Of a stretch of DNA of 64,000 nucleotides, positions 11,072 through 22,374 are shown piece by piece. The DNA comes from Hyaloraphidium curvatum SAG 235-1 (Eukaryota; Fungi; Monoblepharomycota): contig JAIVFI010000001.1 of the NCBI GenBank assembly GCA_025558095.1, positions 992,001-1,056,000 on the forward strand, read 5' to 3'. A model generated the notes under the pieces. It saw only the letters and a list, made by a program, of their open reading frames with translations. It did no database searches and was not told the origin of the DNA. Within the stretch, counting starts at the first letter, position 1; every line of letters begins with the position of its first letter. Both the position numbers and the translations under genes were made by a program.

Positions 11072-11153
11072 GCCACGGACATGGAAGGCTGCGTGCTTGC
11101 TTTCTGGGCAATCTATACCCGCGATCGGTCCAAAAATTGGATTGCGCATGCAA

Positions 11154-12032
11154 TCAATTCCACTTGGAGGCAAGCCTAACGGTGTGGGGATCCCCGCTCA
11201 CGCTCAGCGTCTCGATGCTGTCCAGCTTCGCGAGCTGAAGCCAAGCGCTCGCGGATGACAGCCGCCTGCTGAAATGGAGCTTCAGCTCCGCCGGTCTGAA
11301 GCCCGGCACCGCCAGGAGCTGCCGCGCAAGCACGTCTTCATAGTCGCGGCCAAGCAAATGGCACTCGAACGACCGCAGCTTCTGAAACACGTCCGAAAAC
11401 TGCTCCAGTGAGGGGAAGTCCGGGTCGTCCAAGGCCATTTGAATGGCGAGGTGCCAGTGCTCGAGCCCCGGGGCCCCCCGCAGCGTCTTGAGCAGCCCGC
11501 CCGCCATTCGCGACACGGAGAATTTGATACATCGAACACCCGCAGCGGGGAACATGGCGTCCCTCGGGTCCTCGAAATGGATCGCGCCGCCTCGGAGCTC
11601 GAGCCGTTCCAGCGAACGCATGCTCCGCATGGCCTGCCGAACGGGCTCGCCCGGGTCCCTCACGAGCTCAAACACCAGCGACCGGCACGAATTGCGGCAT
11701 GCGGCGAGGGCCGCGAGCCACATGGCTTTGAGGCCCTCCGCGTCCCAGGGCTTCACGTTCGGAATTGAGAGAAGCAGGAGTCGGCGAATGTGGCCGGCTC
11801 TGGCGGCATCCCCGCAAAAGAAGGCCGTCCAGCTCCGCACGAGCTCGGCTGCCGACTGGCCCGGCCGGCGGGGCGCGACGCAGACGTCCCGCAGCATGAT
11901 GGACAGGGCCTCCTTGCGAACGACGCGGTTCGAGAGAGAGAACTCGAGGAGAGTCCGAAACGCGCGGGCGCGTCGTAGCTCCTCCATGACGGCGCCGAGA
12001 AGCTCCACTGGAAGGACTGGAACCGCCGCCAT
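11154..12032 (-). CDS. Hypothetical F-box-like/LRR-like lineage-specific protein, possibly truncated
   Basis: N-terminal PVLPVELLGAVMEEL (F-box-like start) followed by LxxLxL repeats (LERLEL, LEHWHL, LRSFEC, IETLSV). Confidence 0.5.
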   Translation of the reverse strand: MAAVPVLPVELLGAVMEELRRARAFRTLLEFSLSNRVVRKEALSIMLRDVCVAPRRPGQSAAELVRSWTAFFCGDAARAGHIRRLLLLSIPNVKPWDAEGLKAMWLAALAACRNSCRSLVFELVRDPGEPVRQAMRSMRSLERLELRGGAIHFEDPRDAMFPAAGVRCIKFSVSRMAGGLLKTLRGAPGLEHWHLAIQMALDDPDFPSLEQFSDVFQKLRSFECHLLGRDYEDVLARQLLAVPGFRPAELKLHFSRRLSSASAWLQLAKLDSIETLSVSGDPHTVRLASKWN

Positions 12033-12198
12033 CGTGGAAACGCGCGGGGTTCAAACGGTTGTTCGGGCGCGTCGCGCCGCGGTGAGTGACGCGTGACGTG
12101 TCGCACATTCCCTGTTCATTCCCGGCCCCTTTTACCCTCTTAGACGCTGTCAGGTCTTTGAGCGGCGTCGTCTCGTCCTCTTTGAAGGCTACAACGCG

Positions 12199-12702
12199 AT
12201 GGCAACGGCTGCTGGAGCTGCGGCTGCGCCGCCGGACGCGACGCCCGCGTCGGACACCGTCCTCCTCGCCTGGGAAAACTTGCGTGCCACGGTCGCCCCT
12301 CTGTTCAAGAAATCGCCGCTGGAGCTTCTTTCCGACATGTACCGCTTGATCCCGCCGGCCAGCAGGCGCATCTCTCGCGCCATTCTGGGGGTCAGGGACG
12401 GCGAGAACGCGGGCATCATGCTCACCATCGGTGCCGTCGTCCTTAGCTGGATCCTCACGGCGGGCATCACCGCGGTTCTGGCTCCGGTGTTTAGCGTCGC
12501 CAGGACGGCTGCCTTGGCGCTGACGGCTGCGTTTGCTGCCTGGTCGGCGCTGTGGGCGAGCGTCAAGGTTCGTCGGAGGCTCCCTTCGAGTGGTATGTCG
12601 CTGACGGGTGTTCGTTTGCAGGCAACGTGGTGGACCGCCAACACGCTCTACTCCTGGGGCTCTTGGATCCTCTCCTTCTTCGTAAAGGACAAGAAGGCGT
12701 GA
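12199..12702 (+). CDS. Small hydrophobic membrane protein of unknown function; probable in-frame intron
   Basis: ATG-initiated ORF with a long hydrophobic stretch and GT...CTGAC...GCAG intron signals at ~12568-12621. Confidence 0.55.
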   Translation: MATAAGAAAAPPDATPASDTVLLAWENLRATVAPLFKKSPLELLSDMYRLIPPASRRISRAILGVRDGENAGIMLTIGAVVLSWILTAGITAVLAPVFSVARTAALALTAAFAAWSALWASVKVRRRLPSSGMSLTGVRLQATWWTANTLYSWGSWILSFFVKDKKA

Positions 12703-12835
12703 TTGGGCGTTACCTGGACGCTCTCTTGCGCTGCAGGAAGTCGGTGGATCTTCTTTTGGCATGGTAGAACTTCAATTGCTCTTCTTCAGGGACTGTAGAC
12801 AGGATCTGGCCATAGATCACCATAGATCTCCGTGA

Positions 12836-13558
12836 TCACGAAGGAGTGTCGGGATGGTTCAAGACGCGTGCGGCCTTGGCCACGCGCTGCGCTTCGGCCT
12901 CCTTCAAGTCCTTTGGTAGGAAGCTAAAGGCGTCGTCGATCGTGATCTTGACCGGCTTGCCGTCCTCCCCCGGTTGCTCCAGAATCGCCGTCCGCGGCTG
13001 CAACCTCGCCAGCGGCACGCCGACCGAGCCCTTGGCGATCTCGTCGCCCCGGCCGGCACGCTCCAGGATCTCCTCGATGGTCCCGACCTTTTGCTGCGAG
13101 TCGAACCACCCCAGGTGGTCCGCCATCAGGTGCTTGTTCTTGCAGCCCGGGCACGCGATGATGACCACGCCTTTGTTGTATGCCTGGCGCGACATGGTGT
13201 GGTAGGAGCGCGTGTTGCACACGGTGCAGGTGAAGCCGATGAACAGCCGGCCGTCCGCGGGCGACGCGTCCTCTGCGGGCTCCGCCGCGGCCACCGGCGC
13301 GTGGTGGTGGTTGTGCCCCTCGTGCGAATGGTCATGCCCGCAACCGCATGCGTCTTCCGGAGGCGCCTTCGGGTCCCGCGGGTGGTGCAGCGCGGGAGGC
13401 GCGGTGCCGAAGGGGCGGACGCGTCCGGTCGCCGGGAGCCGCGGTGCGCGGCGCACGGCCGCGATGGCCGGCGACGGTCCCGCCGCCCATGATGCAGCGC
13501 GTCCGATGCGCGGCACGGCACGGGCAAGGAGCCCCGAGAAGGCGCGGACACTCGACAT
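12836..13558 (-). CDS. ZIM17: DNL zinc-finger mitochondrial Hsp70 escort protein Zim17/Tim15
   Basis: FTCTVCNTRSYHTMSRQAYNKGVVIIACPGCKNKHLMADHLGWF, preceded by an Arg/Ala-rich presequence from ATG 13558. Confidence 0.93.
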   Translation of the reverse strand: MSSVRAFSGLLARAVPRIGRAASWAAGPSPAIAAVRRAPRLPATGRVRPFGTAPPALHHPRDPKAPPEDACGCGHDHSHEGHNHHHAPVAAAEPAEDASPADGRLFIGFTCTVCNTRSYHTMSRQAYNKGVVIIACPGCKNKHLMADHLGWFDSQQKVGTIEEILERAGRGDEIAKGSVGVPLARLQPRTAILEQPGEDGKPVKITIDDAFSFLPKDLKEAEAQRVAKAARVLNHPDTPS

Positions 13559-13684
13559 CCTTTTCGGGTCTGATTGCGTCCCCCGCGCCTGCCTGCGCCA
13601 CAGCAACATCCCCTCCACCTCCCACATCCCACCTCCCAGCAGACCAGCAGAACCTTCGTATCGCATCGCAGCCCAGACTCCTTG

Positions 13685-14917
13685 ATGAGGAGCACGATGC
13701 GGCCGCGGGCGCTGCACATCGCCGGGCTCCTCCTTGCCGGAACCTTGGCGGTCCTGCCGGGCGCGGAAGCTCGGAACCCCTTCGCCTTTGCTGTCGTCTA
13801 TGGGGACAGCTTCACGGACACCCATCGCATGTATGCGTACAGGGGTCAGCCGGGACCTCCCTTCTATGCCCCCGGGCGACGCTGCAACGGACCGGTGTGG
13901 CCGGAGTACCTCTCGAACAGCACCCAGATCGAGCTTCTCAACATGGCCTGGGAGGGAGCCGTCACAGACCAGCTCGTTTATGAGAATTGCAAAGGGACCC
14001 CGTTCATGAACCATACGTGCCGGGCGCAGGTGGACGAGTACATTGCGAGCTACGCCCAGGGGCTGCCGGGGACCCAGCTGCGGCCCTCGAACGTGACGGG
14101 CAACCTCTCGACCCTCGTCGGCCCCGACCAAAGGATCGTTCACATGATGGCCTGCGGGATCGTGGACGTCCAAACAAGTTACAATTGGCAATGTTGGAAC
14201 AAGACCAACTCGACGGTGCTCCCGCGCCTGATCGCCGAGTCGCAGTTCTCGATGCTGCGCGATCTGTATGACAAGACCGACGCACGGGACTTTCTCGTCG
14301 TCAATCTCTTTCCCGTCAACGAAACAATGACGACAGCAGATCCGCCGGGTGCGCAGCGAACTATGCAGATATGGATCGACGAGGTCAATTCCCGGCTCGA
14401 AAGCCTGGCGGCCGACTTCAGGAGGCAGAGGCCCGATGCAAGGATCGAGATCGTCGATTGGTGGACGGCAATTACTCGCGTCTACAGGAACACCAGCGCG
14501 GCGGAGCTCCAGAGGTGGTTTGGGGATGAGGAAGTCGTCGTCTATGGCGTATGTCTCAAGGGCGATCCCAACGGCGCTGGAATCGTCCAGATTTGTGACA
14601 ACCCGCAGAAGTTCTTCTATTTTGATGGACACTTCTCGACGTCTGCGCAGCACTACTTGGCGGATTGGACGCTGCCTTACCTTGCAAAGCTGGACGCAGA
14701 TGCCGTGCCGACGACGGCTTCGAGATCGACTGCTACGGCAACCCGGTCGACGGCGGCATCTACCGCAGCTTCGACGTCGGCGTCTATCGCAGCCTCGACG
14801 GCGGCATCTACGGCGACCGGTGCCACGAGCACGGGCAGACCGTCGAGCTCGCAAAGAGGCGGCGTGCCGTCAACGGTCTGGATGATCCTGACCGGCCTGA
14901 TCGGGGCCCTGCTGTAA
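13685..14917 (+). CDS. Secreted GDSL/SGNH esterase (CE16-like) with Ser/Thr-rich tail and probable GPI signal
   Basis: Signal peptide, YGDSFTD, RRCNGPVWPEYL, NMAWEGA, FYFDGHF, an S/T/A-rich linker and a hydrophobic C-terminus. Confidence 0.85.
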   Translation: MRSTMRPRALHIAGLLLAGTLAVLPGAEARNPFAFAVVYGDSFTDTHRMYAYRGQPGPPFYAPGRRCNGPVWPEYLSNSTQIELLNMAWEGAVTDQLVYENCKGTPFMNHTCRAQVDEYIASYAQGLPGTQLRPSNVTGNLSTLVGPDQRIVHMMACGIVDVQTSYNWQCWNKTNSTVLPRLIAESQFSMLRDLYDKTDARDFLVVNLFPVNETMTTADPPGAQRTMQIWIDEVNSRLESLAADFRRQRPDARIEIVDWWTAITRVYRNTSAAELQRWFGDEEVVVYGVCLKGDPNGAGIVQICDNPQKFFYFDGHFSTSAQHYLADWTLPYLAKLDADAVPTTASRSTATATRSTAASTAASTSASIAASTAASTATGATSTGRPSSSQRGGVPSTVWMILTGLIGALL

Positions 14918-15087
14918 CTGTCGACACGCCCACGCACATGATCGAGGCGTAGCGACGACACCAACGCTGTAGGCTCGGTGTGAACTGTGTGATCTTTGCA
15001 GCGTGGCGGTGATCGACCGCGGGTAATGACTGGCCTGGTCAAATCAAACTCCCCGTCCCCCGGCTGACGCGGAGCAAATCGTCCGGA

Positions 15088-16099
15088 ATGCTGCGCCTTG
15101 CGAAGAATTACGCGGGTCCACTGCGACCATCTCTGTTTCGGCCTCCGCCCGGGCGTCTGGACTGTCTGCCGCGCCGAGGAACGCGCGGTGCCGTGGTCCC
15201 GAACCCCGTTTCATTCGCAAGGCCGCAGTGCCAGACACAATCCGAGTTCCTGGTATATACGCGACTTGCGAATGCTTCACCAAACCAGTGCTCTGTTCCT
15301 CCCTCGAGCGGCTCGCGGTCGCTATCTTCCGCGCCACCTCCCGCGCACCCGGACTCCATGCCCCGCTACCCCAATGCCTCCATTCGCGGCCTGCTTCGCG
15401 CATCTGACTATATCGGCACATCGGTGTTTGCATGCACGGGGGCGGTGACGGCGGGCAGCGTCGCGAACATGGATATCTTGGGCTGCGTGCTTGTCGGGAC
15501 CATCACGGCTGTTGGCGGGGGAACCGTCAGGGACCTGCTAATTGGCAATCGCCCGTTTTGGAACGAGGAGCCGGAGTACATCTACATCAGCGTCGTGACC
15601 GCTGGCGCGACTTTCATGCTGTGGAAACTTGCAGGCCTGGAGGACGACGACCCCCTCATCAATTGGGGAGACGCGCTCGGAGTCGGCGCGTTTGCTGTGA
15701 TTGGCACCTTGAACGGAATACGGAAGGGTCTTCCAGCGCTCCTATGCATGTTCTGTGGAATGAGCACGGCGACTTTCGGTGAGGTTGTCCGATCCCCGCT
15801 CGGGACGATAGACCTGATCTCTTTCCTGGATTGCAGGCGGTGTCATTCGGGACGTTCTTTCGCAGCGGCGACCGCGGATCCTCCACAGCTATGCCGAGCT
15901 GTACGCAACGACAGCACTAGCAGGATCCGGCGTCTACCTTGCAGCCCGCGCCCTCGCGGTCCCTGTACCTGTGAGGATCGTGATGGGCGTGGGCACCGCC
16001 ATGGGCGCAAGGTGGGCTGCGTGGACTTGGGATCTCCGGCTTCCTACCTGGAACGAGGTCAACGGTCCCGATCGGCGGGTTGCGGTCGCACCGAGCTAG
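15088..16099 (+). CDS. Prokaryotic-type trimeric intracellular cation channel (TRIC/UPF0126, YadS-like); intron ~15779-15836
   Basis: Two homologous halves: DYIGTSVFACTGA...GTITAVGGGTVRDLLIG and DALGVGAFAVIG...STATFGGVIRDVL...ELYAT. The start codon is uncertain. Confidence 0.85.
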
Positions 16100-16249
16100 T
16101 TACGGGGCGAGATCGGCAGTATGTACTGCTTAGAACAACCTTGAAACAGAGGAAGCGGCTTCATAGAAGTAGAACTCGCATATCGGCTGAAGCCTGAGGA
16201 GCTAGTGATCACGCCCGAGGCCAAACAACCACACCTTGCACAGGACACG

Positions 16250-18294
16250 ATGTCGGGCCTCAAGCGGCGCCGAGGCGGCCGCGGGAATGCCTCCGACACC
16301 GAAGAGTCCGATGCCGGTGCCGGTATCGACGACCTGGACCTGACCTCCAGGCGGGAGGAGGAGCAGGTGGACCGCGAGACGCCGGCGCAGAAGCGTCTCC
16401 GCCTGGCCAAGTCCTACCTGGCCCAGGTCAAGGCCGACGTCCGCGGACAGAAAAAGGCCGTGGAGGTTGCCGATGGAGTCTTTGAGTTTGATGCGGAGGA
16501 CGTGGACAGGGAGCTCATCGCGGAACGGCTGGTGCAGGACCAGCTCGAGTCGAGCGGGAAGGCGTTCCACCGCGTGGCCGATGCGCTTGTCCGCGCCAAA
16601 GGCAAAGACACTTTCCACTTGGACATCAAAAGCGGCGACGTGCGCCACTTTGGTGGCGGCAAGAGCGGACACCGCCTGGCCGTGACGGCTGTCGCGGTGT
16701 CTACGCCCAAGGCTGTCCCTGGAGCCAGGCCTCCTGTTTTCGTCTACTCGTCATCGAAGGACGCTTCCATTATCAAGTGGGACTTCTACTCCGGAAAACA
16801 GCTCGGTGTCATCGAGGGCGGCCGGAAGCGGACCAAGAAGTTCAAGCGGCAGATGCGCGGCCGCAAGAAGGACGAGGCCGCTGTGGGCGAGGTGCCGAAA
16901 CCGACTGGACACACGGACGACGTTTGGTGCCTTGCTGCGAGCTCCGACGGGAAGTTCTTGGTTGGTGTCTAGGCTCGATGTCGGGTGCGATTCGAAGAGG
17001 GAGTGAGCTTGCTCTGAACGCCGGGGATCGTGAACCGGCTGTTCCTCCACCGTCTTTGCGGACGGGACGCTCTTCAACAAAGAAGAGAGCCTATTGAGTC
17101 TGGGCCTGATGCCATGATGCGCTCAGAATTGTGCGCTCCGACAGTTCTCTTTTCGGCGTGGGGGTGAATTTGGTCGACTGACCTTTACGTCCACCAGGCA
17201 TCGGGGGGCAAGGATTCCAAGATCCGCATTTTTGCGGTCTCTCCCGAGCCAGCTCAGGCGGACAGGCTCGCCCACACCTTCTCGCAGCACCGCGACGCCA
17301 TCGCCGGCTTGGCGTTCCGTCGCGGGCAGAATCAGCTGTACTCGGCGAGCTTCGACCGTACCGTCAAGGTGTGGAATGCGGATGAGGGCGCGTACATCGA
17401 GACCCTGTAGGTGCGCCTGCCCGTCAATGCGGCAGGAGGCTAAGTTCGTCGACAGCTTCGGACATCAGGATTGCATACCTTCCGTGGCGGCTTTGCAGCG
17501 GGAAAGGTGCCTTACTACTGGTTCACGCGACCGCACGCTGAGGCTGTGGAAGATACCCGAGGAGTCCCAGCTGGTTTATCGAACCAGCGGTGGGGGAGAT
17601 TACGGAGAGCTCTTGGAAGGCGCGAACGCTTTGGATCTCGGGATCGGCAAACGAGCAAAGCGGGAAGAGGGGAAGCAGAAGCGCGGTGAATTCGGTGGCA
17701 GCCTGGATTGTGCCGAGATGATCGACGAGGACTGGTTTCTGAGCGGGAGTGACGGCGGGTGGGTTCAACGAGGCGAATGATCCCAGGCCACTTGCTGACT
17801 GCGAGTCGCCTGACAGCGCCATCTCCCTTTGGAATGCCCCGAAGAAGAAGCCGGTCTATACGCGCCTGCTTGCGCACCGACCGGCCGACGATTCTCCCGA
17901 CGCCCCTGTGTGGATCACGGCCCTTGCCTCGCTCCATCACACCGATCTCTTTGCCTCTGGGTCATCGGACGGGTTCGTAAGGCTTTGGAAGATCGACAGG
18001 GACATGCGTGGCTTCCGGAGGGCCGGAGAGTGGAAGGTGGATGGCGTCGTCAACGCCCTTACGTTCTTCGAGGGACCGGACTGGGACGCTCCCGAGACCG
18101 GATCAGACAATATGCCGGAGGTCGGGTTGTCGAGGCAGGCCCGGGCGAGGGATCTCGGCATCCTCCTGGCAAAGCCCAGGGACACCTTTGTGTATCTCCT
18201 GGCGGCAATCGGTGACGAGCACAGGCTCGGTCGATGGTACAAGACCAAGGGCAAGAATCGGGTGGTCGCGTTGAAGCTCGGTCGCAGGCCTTAG
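16250..18294 (+). CDS. RRP9: U3 snoRNP WD40 protein Rrp9/U3-55K
   Basis: RETPAQKRLRLAKSYL, SSSKDASIIKWD, LYSASFDRTVKVWN, RDRTLRLWKIPEESQLVY and EHRLGRW. Confidence 0.95.
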
Positions 18295-18567
18295 CTCGAA
18301 GATTCTATGCGGTGGAACTGATGACAGACGGACCCCACTCCCTGATCCGCTCTTCCTCTCGTTTCCCAGTCGCTACGAACGCTGGCGGTCGCAAACAGCT
18401 TTCGCCTAGCGATTCTTCTGGCCATCATTCTCCTGATTGCCCGGTTTCGAGGCGGATTCTCGCCGAGCTCGTCCCGTGCGGCCGCGTTCCCTCCCCCCGT
18501 CGAGACCCGCGGCGCCGGTGCTGCCACTGCTTCATCGCATCACGGCACGCCAGGCAGATATTCAAAG

Positions 18568-19796
18568 ATGGACGGTGCCTCGCAGAATGGGGCGCCTGCC
18601 GCGATGGCCAGGTTACCGGCACCTCCGTTCCTCGAGAAGTTCCGGAAGCTGTCGGCGGAAGAACAGCGCCGCTCTGTGACCAAGACTTTCAGGGAGATCA
18701 ACTTGGAGGAGAACGAAAGAAGGATGAAGGACGAAACTTTGCGGAGCGGGGAATCGTACGAGTTTTCGACATCCATCGCCCGTCAGGCCCGGGGGAAGAA
18801 CAGGCGGGCATACCGTCCCAGCGCAGGCAATCGGAAACGCTGACTCCTGCGATCGGAACAGGTACTCGGACATCTTGCCTTTCGATTCCAATCGGGTGAA
18901 GTTGCGCCGGAGCTCCGGGAAGGGTGCCGATCCCACGGAGGACTACATCAATGCAAGGCGAGCTCGGTGCCCACTCTTCCCTTTGACAGCGGTCTTACTT
19001 CTTGCCAATTCAGTCTTGTCAAGGTCATTTTCGGCCTCAGGACTTTTATTGCTTCGCAAGGCCCCTTGGCCGGCACTGCCGGCGACTTCTGGGAGATGGT
19101 CTGGGACCAAAAGACACGTGTAGTGGTCATGGTCACGAAGGCAAGTTTGGACTGGCGTTTCTTCGTCATGAGCGAGCTGATGGTTGCCGATCCATCTAGC
19201 TGGAGGAGAACGGTCGCGAGAAGGTTTTTAAATACTGGCCTTCGTCGGGCGTCATCACTTTCAAGACCCCCATCGGAGACCTTGCGGTCCGGCTCATCCG
19301 GGAAGAGGACAAGGGCGGCGCCATTAACGTACGGCGATTTGGGCTCCAGCTCGGCGCGGAGGGTGAGGAGCGCGAAGTGGTTCAGGTCCAATACTCGGGT
19401 TGGCCCGACCACGGCATCCCTGAAGAAACGGGCTCCATGTTGAGGGTGCTGGATGTTTCAAACGATTACCAGCGGGGCTTCATTGCCAAGGAAGGAAAGG
19501 ACCGTGTCGGACCAATGGTGGTCCACTGTTCCGCCGGATGCGGACGGACAGGCACTCTGATCGCTCTGGACACGTTCCTGAGGCTGCTGGAGCTGGACAC
19601 TGCAAAATCACGCGGACTGAAAACGGTGGATATCCTCACCGAGCAGACGGGGCAGCACATAGAACCGGTGGACTGGAGCCAGGACTGGATCAAGGAGATC
19701 GTGCGCCACTTGCGAACGCAACGCAACACCATGGTCCAGGCGCTGGATCAGCTGAGGTTCCTGTATATTGAGCCGTGGGCTCGACTCGGCGAGTAG
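18568..19796 (+). CDS. Classical protein tyrosine phosphatase; 3 introns
   Basis: After splicing: KNRYSDILPFD, DYINAS, IASQGP, DFWEMVW, WPDHG, VHCSAGCGRTG and MVQALDQ. Confidence 0.93.
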
Positions 19797-19844
19797 ATTG
19801 CGTTATTGAATCGATCAAGCCTTTCCCGTGAGGCACAAGACACT

Positions 19845-21207
19845 TCAAGATCCGAGATTGGAGCCCCTTGCCCGCTCCGCCTTGCCGCTCCGCAAATGGT
19901 ACAATCTCCGCTCCTCGCGAAACTCTTTCAAGAAATCCTCGGTCGACTTAACGCCGGCGATAAAGGCCTCGGCTATGGATTCCGACTCCATGTCCGACGT
20001 GTGAGCAAGCGAAGCCAGCTGGCCAACGAGTGCTTGCGGAGAATAGCGCTGTAGGAGCGAAAACAGTTCGTCGGGCCCACAAGAGAAGCGTCAGAAAAAG
20101 CTTACGGCCAGAAGCGTCTCCTTCTCCTTGGCAACCTTTTCCAGCTCCGCCTTGGCCCGCCTCATTTCCTCCAGCTTCTCCCGCACCGTGCTCTGCAGCT
20201 GCCGCAGATCTTCCTCCTTTGCCAGGGTTTTACGCGCGAGGAGCTCGTTTCCCTGCCGGAGCTCCTTCGACACAGCGTTCATGGATTTCACAGGATCCAG
20301 TGATAGGAAGAAGCTTTGGAAGGCATCTGGATCCGTCATGAGCTCGTTGACCTCCTCGTCGCTAGGAGGGGGCGGAAGTAAGCCGGCGGGGAGAACCAGA
20401 ACTCGGTAGAAGACCCACGTCATGCGATCAATCAGGGGCACGTCTAAATCGCCTACTCCGGCACCAGTCCTCCCGAGTGGGGAGCCGGAACGTGAGAAAC
20501 TGTGTGACCCGTAGGCTTGGAACGAAGACGACCGCTGCGGCGAGCCACCATCCATGCCTCGAAACCCCGTTCCATCCGCCCCTTCTTTCGGGCTGCCAGA
20601 CATCATACGTAAGGAGCCGGCCCCCGTGGCAACGCTCATTCCGCCTGCGGGCGACCAGTTCGAAAACGTCGAGCGCCCCGGTGTCCGCAAGCTGCCGTAG
20701 GAAGCCCCATCCGATGGTGACGGAGCGGCCCGTGGCGGGTTCAATTGAAACTCCCTGACGATGTCGGCAACGACGCGGCCCAACGGCCAGGCCGGATCGC
20801 GCCCCGTCCATTCCTTAGCGGGGTGGCCCACAACTCTCATCGTTGAGGGCTCCAGCCAGGGATGCGAAAGAGACATTCCAGGAGACTTCAGAGATATGTT
20901 CGGAGGCGATTCGGGGAACGAGGGGGGGAGAGATATGAGGAGCACCAGGTTCGGAGGGAGAGGAGATGTCGCCGACGAGTACGCGTCCAAAGACGCGAAC
21001 TGTGCCTCGTAGAGATCCGTTTGGACCTCCGTAGTGCGAAACAGCGGGTCGGCAAAGAGGCTCGCGACGTGCCTGCGCCGGCTGCGGAGGGACGGTCAGC
21101 ACTTGCGTAGCTCGGCGCGTCCGAACGTACGCTTCGGTGGCTGTCCCCGCCCCGGCTGGCGGCGTCGTCGCCGGTGCCGGAGCTCTCGGGCGCGATAAGC
21201 CGAACAT
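19845..21207 (-). CDS. VPS37: ESCRT-I subunit Vps37 (UEV-like N-terminus plus Mod(r) C-terminus)
   Basis: LLISLPPSFPESPP...HPWL at the N-terminus. C-terminus reads QGNELLARKTL...RYSPQALVGQL...SESIAEAF...EDFLKEFREERRLYHLR. Confidence 0.8.
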
Positions 21208-21306
21208 CGCGTAGCCTTGTGGCCTCGCGTCCCCTCGAGGTCACCCAGGAAGTGACGAGAAGTCGCAAGCCATTCATCAGACTCGCTCGCTCTTCCCGTC
21301 TATTAT

Positions 21307-22285
21307 TCAGATCACGAAGGGTATCACAGCCCTACGATCCTTCGGGTACGAGTCGCCAAAGGTCTCCTTGTACCAACGATGCGTGCTCAGGCCCCGCGGG
21401 AACAGGTTTCCGAACGTAAAGGCGGCGAAGCACCACGCGGCGGGCGAGCCGGTGGCGATCGCGAACCCGATCCATTCGACGATCTCGCCCAGGTACGCGG
21501 GGCAAGAAACGTAGTCGAAGAGGAAGCCGCGCGGTATCGAGTAACGCTGCTTCGGGTCAGAAGACGCCTCCGCCTTCGCGCTCCGGTTCCGGCGCAAAGC
21601 AAACAACATGTGGTCCGAACGGATGTTGGCGTACATCCCGGCGAAGAAGATTGCGAGGCCTGCCCAGAAGCTCGGCTTCGAGAAGTGGGCCGCAGTGTAG
21701 TCGCCGAAAACCGCAAAGTAGCGGCCGTTCATGTACCCTGCGAGCTGGGTGAGATAGGCTCCGCTTCGCCAGCCTCCGCTAATCTTACCATTGCACGTGT
21801 TGAACAAAATGGCCGCGACCACGGCCAAGATCGAGGCAGGGCTCATGGCCGGCGCCAAGTACGGGTAGATGACAGTTCGGTGCAGGTAGTGCAGGAACCA
21901 CAGTCCGACAAAGGTCCACGTCACGGCATTGTGCCGCAGCTCAACCGGCCGAGGCGGATTCGTGACCGTTTCAGGAAGGAGGAAGAAGTACCAAAGCGTC
22001 GCCGGGGATACCCTGCGGGGAAGTGAGACTTCAACCCAATGGCAGCGTGACCGAGGCTTACAGCTCGAAGATGAACCATGATAGCTTGCCGTTCAGAGGA
22101 GGTCCCCACGATTTGCTGTAGAACCGTCCGAACGGTGCCGGTATGAGCAGCAGGATGAGGAACACCGTCGCCCCAGACACGTAGACGCCCTGCAGGACGC
22201 GATCGAAGAGGACGCGTTCCGTTGCCAGCGAGCCCATCCACGAGGCCACTAGTCGCGCCGGACCGCGCGGCACCTGGAGCGACAT
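21307..22285 (-). CDS. 3-oxo-5-alpha-steroid 4-dehydrogenase (SRD5A/DET2 family)
   Basis: APFGRF, HYLHRT, GMYANIRSDHML, YSIPRGFLFDYVSCPAYLGEIVEWIG, and HRWYKETFGDSYPKDRRAVIPF. Confidence 0.92.
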
Positions 22286-22374
22286 TGTCGGTCGCCCGTT
22301 GTTGACGACGAGTGATCGACGCGCTGCGCCGGCGGCGGAAACCGTCTCTCGTCTCCGGAGCAAACTCTGCCGAA

